A DNA stretch of 56,767 nucleotides, counting the filler, from Sphacelaria rigidula (taxonomy: Eukaryota), in assembly GCA_964200075.2 (NCBI GenBank). It is 3 parts of 3 records of this genome, joined end to end, with 100 filler letters (N's around TTAATTAATTAA, not from the genome) between each part and the next. Parts side by side here need not be neighbours in the genome. Positions count along the whole stretch, not along the records: positions 18,962 to 37,817 come from CAXNAA020000776.1; positions 37,918 to 56,767 come from CAXNAA020000777.1; 1 more part is not named here. One strand, given 5' to 3'. The notes below the pieces were generated by a model. It was not told where the DNA came from. It saw only the letters and a list, made by a program, of their open reading frames with translations, and did not search any database. Below, in pieces: positions 30,501-44,590 of the stretch (the stretch's first letter is position 1; each line of letters begins with the position of its first letter). A program made the translations under genes and the position numbers.

Positions 30501-33500
30501 GGCAAGCTCTAATCGGGTGGTGGTCGACGTTCGAAGGTGGCCAGTTGGTATGCGAAGTTCCACAGGAGGACAACGACGAGCGCTTGCTCGAAACTCTTTT
30601 TTTACTGGTGATCCTGGCACAGGAACGAAAGGTAGGGATGGAGCAAGACGTTTGTGAGATCCCTTCAATGAAAGCTCCCGACTGTGGTAACGAACCCCTA
30701 AAACCCGTTCCTGACCTTCGTGACGTACGATCCAGTCGAGCGAAACCTACGCCACGTGCAACGCTTCGTCAACATGTTAGAGAACAGTCATCGGTTTGAA
30801 GCGAGAAGTCTGCGATAACATCTCAAAATGTAAAACACCGTTGGCGTTATCCATTTTTTTTCGTCAACCATGTCTTTGCAATCCTTCAAGGAGAAGTACG
30901 AAGCTTGGGTGGGAGCAAACAAAAAAGCCAAAGAGACACTGGCAGAAGGAGAGACCGGTCTAGAAACTACTAGCGATGTGTCTTCCCCATCAGTGGCCCA
31001 CCGATTTTCGCCTCTCGCCTCCGCGCTGAAGGAAACTCTTGAAGATATCAGGGTCCGGCGGCGAGGGCGTATGTCTCACGCGACAAGAATACGCGTGGAG
31101 TCTCTTACTGGAGAACGAACAGTCGACTTCGCAGGTGTTAAAGAGGCAATCACGTTGGCAGAAGACCCTAATGACTCCAGCGCGAAAAATGTTCCTGATG
31201 GCACGAAGAAGGTCCTCTCCACACGGGAGGCTTTACAAAATCTGGAGGAAGAGTGCGCAGCTTCCTATGTGGTGGACTGGATGACAGCCGCTGAATATTC
31301 GTTTGCCCGCGGATTGCGCACACCGGACAATCGATGGAGCACCGTGTGCCTAAGACTGGAAGCCGAGATATCCGAATTCGTCTCGCGTACAGAGGAAGCG
31401 GCGGCCTTCGATAGCCGAGCTCGTGGCCGGAGCAGGACGATGATCAATAAAGCATGCGGGTCCGGCACCGAAGACGCTTGCACTCACGCGCCACCCGCTG
31501 AATCCGATCCCGTTTGGAACGCAATTGACGCATTTGAGCTGGAGGCGGGAGACATCGTCGACGATAGACATACCACGGTGGACGCGGTGTTTCACGAGAT
31601 TGACACTGAAGCCCAGCGGCGGGTGTCCACATGGGTACAAGTTGCTTCGGCTGCTGCCGCTAGTTTGTGCTCCGCGGAGCGCGGCAACTACGTTACAACC
31701 ATTGCCAATTTGCGCTCTCTACATGCCCTCTTTGGTCTCGAAGAAGAATCAGGCGCGGTCGATTTGCAGACCGCAAGGATATTTACTCAGACTGCCGCCG
31801 ATGGCCTCGAATCTGAGCTATCGAACCCAGCAGCAAACAGCCGCAACCTCTTCGACACCTGCGGTGGGCTAGATCTTAGAGAAGAGGCGAAGTTGGCGTG
31901 TGAGGAGGCAAATACGGCAGCCACCGTTGGCCCTGTCGATTCCATTCTTGACGGCAAAAGTGAGGCGAACTCGATGGGGAACAGCGGCCAAGGAGCTATT
32001 TCGGTGCGTGACTTTACAAGCGTAGATGAGATCGCTGCGGCGGACCACGATGCAGACGGTGGTGCCACGGTCGACAGGCGCTGCGATACAGTGACAAGTA
32101 GCAGCCGCTCAATGACAACACAAGATGAACCCCTCATTTGCGGTGACAAGGATTCCGAGGCTAGACCCAGCCGTACCAACAGTGCTCGGGACGCGTTTTT
32201 GACGGCCATGTCGAAAAGCAGGTACTACTACATCTGCCGAGTGTGGGGCGTGGTAACGAGACTTTTGAGAGCAGTAGAACGGTGCGATGTGTTGACACAT
32301 TCGGCTGTTGCACGTATGAAGCTGATGAAGCGTCGTCGCGTACACCTGGAACACAAGTCGGTGGACGTAGCTGTCGCAGCCGTGAAAAAAGCGTTGGCAG
32401 ATGGCGACACCGATCAGATAGGAGATTTTGTCCAGAACGGAGTTCCGGTGAGTTTTCAGCTTTTGCAGTGGAACCGTAATCCAATGGGTGCCCGCCATGA
32501 CCACGGATTCTAGTTGAACATTCGAGTTGACACTAGAAGGTTCACTAGAAGGTCCACGCTGAAAATTAAAGATTGAACCTTCAAGTTTCGAGTGCAACAT
32601 TTTTTCCGGAAAGCTCAAGTTATACGTTTTACCTGAAGTTACCGTCATTTTAAAGCTCCTGAATCTTGAATATTTTCACTCGAACCTTCCCCGAGTTGAC
32701 ATCGAAGGTTCAACTTGAACCTCGAATCGAAAAACCTTGCACCGTCGACTTTTTTCCGGCAAGGAACCTCACACCTTCAATGCGAGATTCCACGTGAAGG
32801 TGCAAGGCTGAGTACGAGGCTAACCTTATACCTTCAGTTCGATCCAGTGGTTCACCTTGAACCTTAAACTTGAATGAAGGATCCAACTTGATGGTGGAGT
32901 TTGTTTGGTCGATTCGATTGATCGGTCGCGTATCATTCGCTAGACTTGTACATATCCAGCCGTGACCAAGAAACAGATACACCCGAGGTGAACAGGCGGA
33001 AACACGTGTCGAGGTAAACTTGAAAGAGGATAAGTGTGAAAATAAGATGGAAGATAAAATGGAAGTAGAAAAGGATAGAAAAGAAATGGAAAGGGATAGA
33101 GAAAAAAATGAAAAGGCACAGAAAAAAAAGGGGGGGAGGGGCAGCTCAGGAAAACGCCAGGATAAGATCTAGTACCGGTTTGAGATACCTCCTACGCGGC
33201 CCTGCCGCCTGGCTTCAGGAAAGGAGACTACACGAAAATGAACATGCCAAAACAATAAAATAAAATAAAGGAAAAGAAAGAAACAGGAGAATAAAGGGCA
33301 ACTTTGAAAAACAAGGAGAGAGGAAGATACCGACGAATAAAAAAAAACACCAAGAAACGCAACCTGGGCACGAACCAGAACATGAACAGAAGATATAGCT
33401 GGGGAACATCGCTAGAGCCGAGTGAAAGTTCAACTTGAAATTTGGTTGGAAATTCAATTCAAATTCTTGTTGGACCTTCATGAAGCCCACATTGAATGTT

Positions 33501-36318
33501 TAAGATGAACGCCCGAGCTGTAATTTGAACCTTTATTTTGAACATGCAAACTTGAAGGTCTACTTTCAACTTGAACGGTCGACTTTTAACGTGAACTGCG
33601 ACTTGATTTCGAGACGACAGCGCGAGTTGGGGTTCAACACCTTTTTTTTCAGTGTTCTGTTTTGTTTCGTTTCTTTTTTCCAGTTTTTGAATGTCGCGGT
33701 TTACGTGGAAACCGTGTATCTGCCGTCGAGGATTGTATACCCGGAATTTTCGGCAGGACAGACATGCCACCACCGGTCAATGTGTCCAGAGGTGTAGGTT
33801 CGAACCAGCTGACTGAGCTCATTTTTTCGTACGACCTGCCCCATCCGTTACACTGGCCCTCACTTCCTGACCTTGTGGCATTTTAACGTCAACATCGACC
33901 ACACGCTTTTGTCTCGTTTTTCAGCTTTGGGTGGAAGACGACGATACGTTCGCTGCTGATCCGGGTGTCGCCCTCGCGTGGGGAAGGAACGCCCTTGGCC
34001 TCAGCCACATCGCCAGCCTGACTGCCACTCTTCGGCACAAATTTGGAGCCTTAGCACCGGCTGCAGGTAGCTCTCACGACGCTAACATTGAGATTCCTTC
34101 GGCACCAGAGCTCGCAGATCTCGTCAAAATTTGGACGGTACAACAAGTGCCTATGGCACGGCAAGAGGGTTCCAATGGCCGTGCGGGAGAGGAAATCCCT
34201 GTCGCATGGGTCAAAGCTGAAGGCGCCGACGGGTACATTAGTGCGCTCTGCAGAGCGGTTTGTCCTGCAGGTTCCGGAGAGAGAGCTCGGTGGAAAAGGT
34301 AGTACGTTGTGAAGTTGGCCGCTCGATCGTGACATCTGTTCCATGTCAAATATACGCTTTCTTGTCGCATAGTCGAGGCTGGCCAGACCACCGACAAACA
34401 AGCAACCGCCCTACGTATCGGACTTGTGTCAGACATTGTGAGTTTTCGCCCCGACTTTCCAACGCAATCTGCGGCAACAGATCCAGCGTGAATTGTTCCT
34501 CAGGACAGCTGAGGAAATTACATGTTTTGCCGACCCATGCATGATATTCGCGGTTGCCTTATTTCTCGTGTAGCACCCGCGAAATAGGCTTGAATCGCCC
34601 GTTTTCGTCGCTCCTGCTCTTTGTAGGTTGGTGCATTGCCTTCTGCTCGGGCACATTCATGCCCTGCCAAGCCTCGACGAGCTCCGCACCATGCGAGACT
34701 CCGTTCAGGCTAAACTATCCCCGGTGGCACTACCTGTGTCCAATGAATCGCTAACGGCACCCGAATCAAAGATCTCGTCGGACGACCAGAATCTAGCCAG
34801 CGAGCAAGAACCGAATCTCGGGTTATTTATTGCCGAAGACCAGTTTGCCGCTGAAGTTCCACTGTGGTTCGAGGGAGCTGCGAGCATTGGGACAGAGTCA
34901 CATGGAGCTGGAGGGAGCCGGGACGGGTGCATAGTTGGACGTGGTGTGTCGCAAAGAGTCAAAGCTGTCTATGCCGAGGCGTGGAGTGACAATGAAGGTC
35001 GGTTGGACGCGTTAGATCTATTTTTAACGTTGTGCTGCGTGCCGGCTGAGAGGGAAGAGACGATGACGGGGGTCGGCAAAGACGATCCGAAGCCAGAGGA
35101 TGACGGTGAGAGTTGCTGCGTCAGGATTGAGCCAACTCCCTGTTAACACTGTCTCCATGTATCCTGCATGCTTCAAGTGAACTTTTGCCTCTAGGAGCCT
35201 TGCAAGATCAAAGCGAAGATGACCAAGAGGAACACTGTCGAGATTGGAGGCAATTGAAGTTTGGTCGATGCTTCTGCAGCTCTGACTGCTGCCGTAGCGC
35301 TGAAGGAGACTACAGACATGACTGAGACACGCCAAGATACTACCCTGACGATAGTGGATGACATGACGGTTGTTGTGCGTTCACAGAAGTATCAGCAGTA
35401 CCGCTCATGTAGTGTCGCTACAGACATGAAAAGACTAGCCATCATTGTTGGTCAACGCTTTTGTCTAGAGACAGTTGTCGGCTCTCGCCAGGGTTTCATG
35501 AAAAAGACTAAGCCTGCCGCCCAACGCACGTTCGCCCCCTCCCTCTCGTACTGACTTATTCGACAGGGATCCACTTCTCCGCAGGGCTCTTCAGAGCGTT
35601 CACCCTGCTGGCTGATTCAAACGTTTCCTCCAAGACAGACGCAACCAAATCCAGTTGCCCCGGACCCCCTGTTACTCGGCCTCCCCCCATCAACGACACA
35701 TCCTCTATCGCACAAGAGCAGAATCGAACCCCGACGTCAGATCCCGTGGTTCATGAACCCAAAGGTAACCCACACGTGACACTTGCCCAACTCCGGGCTA
35801 TCCTCCAGCACGAAGGAATGTCCATCGACGACGTTGGTATGATATTTGAGAGCGCTTGGGAAATGGACCAGGTAAAAAAAGAGCAAAAGAGGCAAAAAAC
35901 CTTGACACCGAACGACATCTATGAAGCTGACAAGACTGCTTCGGCCACTCGAGAAGATGGAAATCACCATGATAAGAGATCGACAGGTGACCAAAATGCA
36001 ACGGCTTGCGAAGGTGTAGCGCCATCGAGCGAGACGGCCCGCGGGGAAAATATCGCACCGACCATAGACTCAGAGGCGGAGCAGGGCGAAGGAACAAAAG
36101 AGGCTGCAGAGGCAACCGCGATGGCGAGGGAGGGTACACAACCTGAACGATTGTCAACAGTTGACGCTGGTGCAACAAACTATACGACAAAGCCACTGAA
36201 TGAGCCCAGAGTAGTATCGTTCTTGGCCGTGAGCGCTAGTAGTGCCGTGTGCTCTTGGGTGCGAAACGGTGCGTACACGTTGCCATCGTTTGGTGTCACT
36301 TCTGGGTCTGATGTCTAG
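27539..36318 (+). CDS. SPEF2: SPEF2/KPL2/CPC1-like flagellar central-pair protein, 7 exons, ~1908 aa
   Basis: Exons 27539-27748, 28010-28158, 28426-30631, 30891-32447, 33925-34298, 34627-35105, 35567-36318 (5727 nt, phases consistent). Coiled-coil region (RRAREREHRR...), PLPPSLWMRLKLRF, adenylate-kinase-like GWMLTGYPRSVLEAKLLENALTG resembling the SPEF2 GWxLDGFP...A.LLEEALTG motif, SGLDAILHI, RWKRLVHCLL, LDALDLFLTLC, GLFRAFTLL. Length fits the family as I recall it. Confidence 0.75.
32500..33610. repeat. Intronic repeat built from TTGAA/TTCAA-rich motifs with a purine-rich middle
   Basis: Dense ttcaacttgaa-type motifs at ~32510-32900 and ~33420-33610. Confidence 0.6.
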
Positions 36319-37817
36319 GCTGCTTTCTAGGGCATGTCGAATTATATTGTGAGTTAACTTGATCAAAGCCTCCCGAAACTTTGTCTACTGTAAACGCCGC
36401 AGACGATTTACTAGTACATACGTATAGTACAACACAGGAAAAATAATCCACAAGTGTCTATCCAAGACATTTCACATTTTACAGTGGCGACACCAAGCGA
36501 TAACTTTGCATGCTTCCTGGACAGGGGCTCCCGGGCTCGAAGGCCGGCCTCGATCAGCGCGAAAACATAAGATCTTTCAAGTTTGAGCAAGCAAGTAAAA
36601 GTCATGAAATGTATACCTGTAGGGGATTAGGAAACTGGTGGATGACGCAAGTAGAGTTCACAGACTCCTGAAGTCTCATGTGGAAATTGTTGAGTTGGCA
36701 ACCCAAGGCATCAAAAGAGAATTACGAGAAAAAGGCGTACAGTATTCTCACTGTTAGCCGCCAAAAAAGGTGCCTCTGCGTACCTTTTCTCGTCATAGAA
36801 TGCAAGAGACTCATCAAACAGGGGGTAATGTGGATACCATCACGCAAGGGGGAGGGGAAGGGAAATCCCGCAGATATCTTCCGAAGACACACCCATATCT
36901 ATATCACCTATTGAAATATGTTTGGCAGCACCGACCTTCATATCATGTTTTGAAATTATGCTCCGTAAATGCCATCCCAATCTACAGTGCTCCACGCACT
37001 CTTGATAATTTTCAATTTTGGGAGCACCGACTGTCCCGCTTCCCCTCCACTGGCGGTTCGGAACCGCGCGAAATCAAATCATCGTCGGAACGGAAGATCT
37101 TCGTTTGCCCGCCAGATATTAAAGGTCAGTAGAGTTTTTACGACCGCATCGGACACTACTGGGGGTACGAAAAGTTTCTTCTCCATGAAAGTGCGTGTTT
37201 TTCAACCTGCAAAGCGTTTCGTGCGCATTATTTGCTAATACGAACGGTAACTTGTCGATTTCTGTTCCGTTTTCCACGGACTGGCTAATGCCAATCCCAG
37301 AAAAGTTTGGTATTGCTGTTCGACGGAATATTTGCGTGTTTAGGCGGACCCGAGGCGGCCATCTTCTCTCCGGTCTTAAGAGTCGTTTTAATTTGGTGGA
37401 TGAAGTTGAGAAAAATCAACTGTTCAGCTTTCATACCCCTTGCGAACTCCGGTCGCGAGGAAGTCCCGTAGCAACAAAAGCTAGCTATGATCGGGTTTGC
37501 CTGCCGTACTACCGACAGCGTTGCGTGAAAGCCACAAAAACTTTGCTGTCGGTGGTTGATGGCGTGGGTCTCAAATGCAACGACAAGTGGTGGATGGTAG
37601 AGCACTCTCGATCAGCGTATAATGCATGACTTCCTGACGTCGCAATAATTCTGGAAAGCTACTCGTGGTGTACCCAGGTGTTCACGCGACCAGCGTGTGC
37701 TCCAGGTTGCACCATGGACAGACTCCTATGCGCCACACTAGCAACAATTAGGTCACCACCATACGTATCTTTTTTCACTCCGTATGTCAAAAAGGTCTCT
37801 ACAAGTGTTTGATCTCT

Positions 37818-37917
37818 NNNNNNNNNNNNNNNNNNNNNNNNNNNNNNNNNNNNNNNNNNNNTTAATTAATTAANNNNNNNNNNNNNNNNNNNNNNNNNNN
37901 NNNNNNNNNNNNNNNNN
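37818..37917. other. Assembly gap with synthetic linker
   Basis: N44-TTAATTAATTAA-N44. Confidence 0.95.
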
Positions 37918-38699
37918 CCCCCCCCCGGTTCCTCAATAGCATTGTACGCCGTATACGTCGCACAATGTCGTCTATCAGGTCAGCTCCATTATGTCAACGA
38001 GGCAACGGGACAGAAGAGTCATACCAGACCAGGATCGGATCAGACCCGATCAGATCAACAGCAGACGCGTGAGGGCGACCAATCAGGTCGCTCGCAGACT
38101 AGTGGAGGGAAGGGTGATCCATACGACAGAAAGGAAGGACCGGGTGCTCGTGGAAGGTATCAGTGCAATATCTGGCGTTGCCAAAGTATAACACCGCCCG
38201 TGGTTGGGTTTCCCTCTATCCTCCCACTAGTTTTTGTTCAGCCGCGCCATCATTTCTGCTCAATGGACAATTGTGATATATTATTGCGCAGGATCTTGCG
38301 AGAGTGTAGTGCCTGGCGCCTCTCGAACCTGGAACTAGAGCAGTTGCCATCGGGAGTGTCATACTCCGTGACGTGAGGTATTTATCATTCCCCGCCTCTG
38401 CTGATTCTTTTTTGTGAGCTTTACTCTGACAGTGGAGGAGATATGCTATGGTTGTCATTTGTAGACGGTAGCCGCTGCGTCCGACTGTTCAAATGGTCAC
38501 ATCATCTGCTAGTTTGCGCAGAGTAATGCGTCCTAATCCCAACCCTTCCCGTATATATTTTCGTTTCCGTCATGGAAAGCTCGAGAATCCGAGTTGGCCA
38601 AGTTAGATGTAAGGCGACCGGCTGGGGAGAGTGCTGATTCAATGTCCATATGGTATATGTGATGGCAATGTCCTTCTCCACCCGCGACCGCCGCTATAG

Positions 38700-41600
38700 C
38701 GGGGATCGCTGTGTTGGGGAAACCAAACCCAACCGGCAAGCAAGTAACATGGCCACAGGTATGGAGGAGACACTGGAGGAGACACAGAGGAGAGGGACAT
38801 GATCTATTGGTTAGTCCATTTGTCAATTGTGATGCATCATTCAGGCTAGCAGTGTGCTATGTCGACCGTATTGGACTCGAAACTCAATACCGCGGCTGCG
38901 GATATTTACCCAGACGTGGGGCATAGTCACGAAAAATGCGTTGATGGCGATGAAACATGAGTGAAAATAACTACTGGACTCGGCGGACTAGAGCTGGCGA
39001 CCGACGCGGGCTGGGAAGGCTCAAGCACCTTCGCTCTGATCCCAAAACGAAATGCATGTATCTTGGGTATGTGGACCGAGGGATCACCGAAACACATACA
39101 CTGCTGGTACAGAAGGGTGTCAAGAGGTGTAGATTAGATAAAGGAAGGCATGAAGAAGGGCTGGAGCTAGGCCCTACAAAGGGGAGGCTACGGTAGCAAG
39201 CTACAGCGCTCGTAACGGGACTGTCCACGCTGAGGTGGTCTCGCAAACATGGAAAGTGATGGGTTCTGACGTCATAGCCCTGCAGGAGACAGACACATGA
39301 GGCGGGCAGGACTGCGTCCCTTGCAGTAGAATATAGCGTTTTTTGTACGGGGCTGATGCAAGGGGAAGGGCTAGACAACATCGGGTTTGGTTGGCGGCCA
39401 GCAAGTCGATCATCAACAAGGTTTCGTGGACACAGGCGTTCGCCATCGAGTACCCATACCCATGCCCTTTACCTGGCGAGTCGAACGCTTTCACGTTTCA
39501 GTTGCCTTTCCCCCCTCATACATGCTGAAATCAAGAGAAGAGAGAAACTTATTCTAGACTGAGTTGGGCAGCACTGTGAGTCAAGTTCTCAAAAAAGACC
39601 ACTTGCTTGTGGTAAATGCTACCGCCCGGATCGGGGTACGAACAAATACAGGAAGATCGTAAAGTAGCAGAGGCGTGCGGCCGAGACTCCCGAGCGATCA
39701 ACAGCAATGGCACTGCATTGCTACAAGTTGCAGCTGACGACAGGCTTTCCTTGGTCATCCCTTTTTTTACACCCCCAATGAGGCACGTCGCGTGCGTCAG
39801 ATGGTATTGCGAGCCACCCCACGGGCAAGAAACGGTTGCCTACATCACGACTCCTTGGCCGATTTGTACGCAGCAGACACCTATGTACCCCCACCGGACG
39901 GAAATCGATTAGTCGGCAAGCAAACATGTCGAGCACCGACAGAGCAACTCATGCAGCTTATCGTCAGCTAGCTCAAAGAGCACAAGTTTGAAAAGGCTGT
40001 CGATGAATTGGCTGCAACGTTTTGGCGATACAGTTGTAAGATCCGCCTAGGTGATCATGACATGTCCGACCGGACAGCCCCGTGTTCAAGGGTGATTCGA
40101 GGATTCTCCACTCCGATCCGAGTTTGAACGGAACTGAAATGAGCGGGAGAAAACCAGGTTTCCGATGAGAGTAGCGCTGAGAGATAGCCCCGTCATGGCA
40201 GGAAGTTGAAAGAGGTGATACAGGCTCGGTGGGTGAGTTACTTGCATTTGTATACGAAGAAACTGGAGGCGTACATAATAATTGGGGGCATGCGAGGTCA
40301 TCTTGAAAGGGAATGGGTGTCAGCGGGAGAGAAAGTAGAGAACCCACAATATATCAAGAACGAGAACGGGAAACTGCTGCGGTACAAGGGGTTAGCGTCT
40401 TGGAAATAGAAGCGGTACTTCTCTGCCTTCATGGATGAAATCGGCAACCATCTAACCGCACCGCCATCGAGAACATCACGGAACGGCCGAAGGTTATGTT
40501 ACTAGGAGACTCGCCAGTCCTGGATGAAAAAAGGAGACACTGAAAGTTATGGCTAACGGTGAGGCGATGATACCGGACGGACCTCTTGCCCAACTCTTAC
40601 GGCTTGGATTGATCGTCGAGCCTTCGTCAATCCTGCATCACTCCCACAGCATCATCGTTGCTGCGTGGACAAGTTCCGCGGGATGGAAAGATCACCACGA
40701 TCGGAGTGCAAAACAAAGAAGATGGACAGGACCGTCTGTGGTGGCGATGGAGACAGATCTCTCGTGGCACATACTAAAAAATGTCTTAAATTGGTGGCTG
40801 CTACGCTGGTAGTTTTTACGAGGAGGCGGCGATCTTCCCGGAAGAACATCCCAAGCGGCTGACCACGACATGATGCCCTCGGTACGTCGACTGCAGGAGT
40901 TGGGACGGGCGAGCAATGTTCCATGGAACATATGCTCTATCGACCTGCACCAGGCGTACAACTCTGTGAACCGGACACTTCCGTGGGAAGTGCTTCCCGG
41001 GTCCTGAGTCCCGTCGTTAATGATCAAGGTCTTCCGCGTTCATTCACGATGTCATGCGTACTCGGATAAAGCTGAATGATAGCCAACTATCGAAGTGGTT
41101 CCATATCTGTCAAAGACTCAGGTAAGGATGCGTTTTGTGCCCGCTTCTTTTCAACATCCTCGGCGCAGCACTGGTCGATGCGATCGTATAGCGTTTCGCG
41201 GCAAACTTGGTATGTCTGGATGATGCGCCAGGAAGTGAGGGCAGTAATGTCGTCGAGGAAACTGCGACAGAGAGGGCGCGGCGTGCGACACAGGGAATGC
41301 TGTTCGCGGACGACGCCGGCATCGCCTCAAGCTCTCCACGAGGGATTTGAAGGATGACGGCTGTGATCGTGGTGGAATGTCAGGAGTTCGACCCGCACAG
41401 TATCAGAGACCATGATGGAGAGTCCATACGCATGCGGTATGTGGCTCCCGAGAGACCGCACTGCACATCAAGGTGGGCAGTCTAAGGGTATAGTCAGACG
41501 ACAGAGTTCGCCTCCGTTGGTGATGCTGTCAGCGCAGACGTGAATATATCTGTCGAAATCAACCGCCGCATTTTGCGCTGCGGGCGCACGCCCCCCAAAG

Positions 41601-42340
41601 CATAGTTGCCAATTCTGCGATCGGCTCAACACCCGGCTCTTTTTAAATATTCAGCAACTCAAAGCGGAGGGGGTGAAATCTATGCAGCACGGACGTGCTA
41701 CATGGGCTCTGGGGCCATAATACTCCTAGAGGTCTGCGCACTACCCACCACAAGCTTTCATGATGAGCAGTTGATTCCGCGGGAAGGATTGCTGTGGCAC
41801 CAAACCTGCACAAAAGTGTGCTTGAGATGGTTCTATGCGGGCGTATCAAGATGGTCGTCCGCAAGTGCCGACTTTGGTTCGCGAGGGACCTTGTCCGACG
41901 GGACGCACACGTTTGTCTCCTGAGGCGCATCATGTTCGGGTATTGGACCGCACAAGGTTCCAAGGAGGCTGGCCGGACTCTCAAACATTGGGGGGACTGC
42001 CTCTGGGGAAGTCTACGTGCTTCACGGGTTTCCCACGCTAAAGCGAACCAAACAAGTAGTATATTTACGGTACGGAAATCAAGGATTCGCAAGATCAGGC
42101 TACTCCGCGAAGAACATGAGCAAATAGCACCTAGGAGATGAGAAAGGGGTGGGCTATTTACGGGAAGCGTGGCAACGCCGAGCTACGCCAATCGGACCTA
42201 CGCCGCATGCAAGAGGCTGTTGGCTTGAGAACTAGGCACAGAAGAGTCACCACCGCCGGCACAACAATATCAGCAACTCGCGAGGAATCCAAGATGGATG
42301 AATTCGAGAGAGTGACTCGCCTTGCGCTCGACAAGGGATG
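38700..42340 (+). mobile_element. Decayed non-LTR retrotransposon (LINE, RTE-like; APE + RT)
   Basis: Fragmented motifs: DVIALQET (~39270, APE endonuclease), DMMPSVRRLQELGR...IDLHQAYNSVNRTLPWEVL (~40870-41000), decayed LRQGC..PLLFNI (~41115-41160), MLFADDAGI (~41297), RLWFARDLVR...RRIMFG (~41870-41940). Many stops and frameshifts. Confidence 0.85.
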
Positions 42341-42734
42341 AACGGGGGAGGCGGGGGTAGCATGGCAATCGATATACCCATGTCTTACCCCTTTGGTTGT
42401 CAAATTGTTTCATTTCCTTGGTGTGCAACTGCAGCGATATTGCCATCTTTGATGCTAAACACGTAGTTCTGGTTTGTCACTGACTCTGTCGTCCCACTAT
42501 TTTCTTCTTCATTCCCTGATTTCTACGCTCTCTTCACCCTCCCCTCTCTCTCTTCCCCCCTTCTACAGATTCCTCTCCTTTTCTCTCCTTTCTCTTGTAC
42601 GTGTCTTTTTCTTTGTATACCGCATGAGTGTTTCTCGCGCTTGCAAAGCTCGCGGGCGAAAGTTTCAATTCAATGCATTGATCCTCAGATTTATGAGTAA
42701 TGCGATCTTTGAATGTGTGGGGAGCAATCAATCA

Positions 42735-42865
42735 TACCCTGGACAATAGAATACACGGTCGAAAAATGTACTGCGTACAGTATGGAATCTATTGTCTATA
42801 ATAGACAATAGATTCCATACTGTACGCAGTACATTTTTCGACCGTGTATTCTATTGTCCAGGGTA
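42735..42865. repeat. Perfect 131-bp palindrome with TA ends
   Basis: 65-bp perfect arms around a single A at 42800: TACCCTGGACAATAG...CTATTGTCCAGGGTA. Confidence 0.95.
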
Positions 42866-44259
42866 CGCAATCAATCTACCTTCGCGGCCCCGTTTTGTTT
42901 CATTTGGTTTTATTCTTGTAAGGCCGCCTGACCTGAAGCCATGCCACCGAGGCCTGGCCTTTTTCGTTCTTTTTTTCTTCTCCTCCGTCTTTTCGTCTTT
43001 CCATTGCAGCCTTGTCTGTTTTGCCTTTCTTCGTAATCCCCCTCTCCCGACTTTATTTCCTTCAACGCTTTTCCCGATTTTTGACGTTCGGTATGTCTGT
43101 CTCGGATCTTGTGACCACGGCTGGATTATGATTTGTAGCGGATGATGGGATGTCAATGTCCTACACTATTTTGTAGATTCATGAATCGAAGCAGTTACGG
43201 CCGGGGAGGGGATGAGTTCATCCCTTAAAACTACGGACTCACACCTAGAGAATTCCAAAAAGGGGAGGGGTTGAAAGCATGGCAGAAAGAAAGAGGAATG
43301 AAGTACGACTACGCTCGGTAGTTGTGCTGCTCTGTAGCCCGCATGTATGGTTTCTTACGCGGCCCCACAAAATACACCTTGATCGCTACCTCGGGGAGGG
43401 TTTGCGAAACGAAGACAGTCAGAAATGCAGGTGACTTGGCTTTTCTCAGGACACAGCTAACCTGTACCATTGTGTTCATCTATAATAATCAGGTGTTGGC
43501 TCGATTATTTTCGCCAGGTTGCTATCGCGCGAGCACATCTGTGACTTTCGTTTTCACGTTTTTGCTCCCACTTACAACCCTTGGCATCGGTTCTCGGACC
43601 TCCTCGACGCCTCGGAGTCAGTCCTAGCGACCAGAGCAAAAGCACGCCCTAATCGTTTTCATGCTCATGCCGCCAGTAAGCTGTTTGTTCGACCACACTG
43701 TAGAAAGCTATAAAATCGAACATCTAGCAGGTGTATACTATTGCGATGACTTACAGTAGCTAATGCCGGAGGTGCGTGCACCTCTGGACAGTCATCATCT
43801 TTGGCATGGAAAGCGAACATTTTGCCATCATCCATTCGCGGTGATTTACCTGGCAAAAAATGATAACTTCAACAGTTAGGTATTTTACCGACATTCTTTT
43901 CTGGATATCGCAAATGCGTACATCACTTGCTTCGGTTATCGTTCGAAACCAATTTCTAATGTACAGCCAGCGTAGGTCGCCCCACCAGCCTCACGCCGCG
44001 TTGCATCACATGGATGATGCTGATGTGCCTTCGGTAGATGTCTTTTGGAGCTTCTGAATCTCCAAGTGCAGAGTGCACGGAAGCAGGTGTATGGTGTCTG
44101 TTTTTCTGTCGAAACGTCTATGGGTTGGATAGGGGTGGGCACCGGATCTCCCCCCCCAAAAGAAGCGGTAACCGGATAAGAGGCATTGTTGTAGGAAAAA
44201 AAAGCCCTGTTTAACCGCTTTCTTCAGTAGGTTCAAGGCCGCTTCTTATAGGAAACAAA

Positions 44260-44590
44260 AAAAGTTATGTAAAAATGCTGTTTTGGTCCTTCTTCATCGT
44301 TTGACGCCGTAAAAGAGAGCTAGGGGGAGTTTGACACATTGGAATGACTTCCTCTACTCCTTGAGATGGTTCCCGGACACCTTCGCGTCATCCGGTGGGC
44401 GCAATCTTTATTTCGGCCAAACAAGCACTTTTGTCCAGGAAAGGTCAAGAACGGTCAAATCTTGAGGTGTCCTGGAACCGCCTCAACAAGTAGAGCAAGT
44501 CATTCCAAGATGTCGAACTCCGCCTAGACCTCTTTCATGGCTTAAAACGACGAAGGCCCAAAGCAGCATTTTCACACGACTTGTTTTGTT
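44260..44590. repeat. Imperfect ~330-bp inverted repeat (MITE-like)
   Basis: ttggaatgacttcctctact pairs with agtagagcaagtcattccaa; aaaatgctg pairs with cagcatttt. Confidence 0.75.

Noticed and set aside
35195-35400. Extra SPEF2 exon
   Set aside because: All three frames from the AG at 35194 run into stops, and exon 6 joins 35567 in phase without it.
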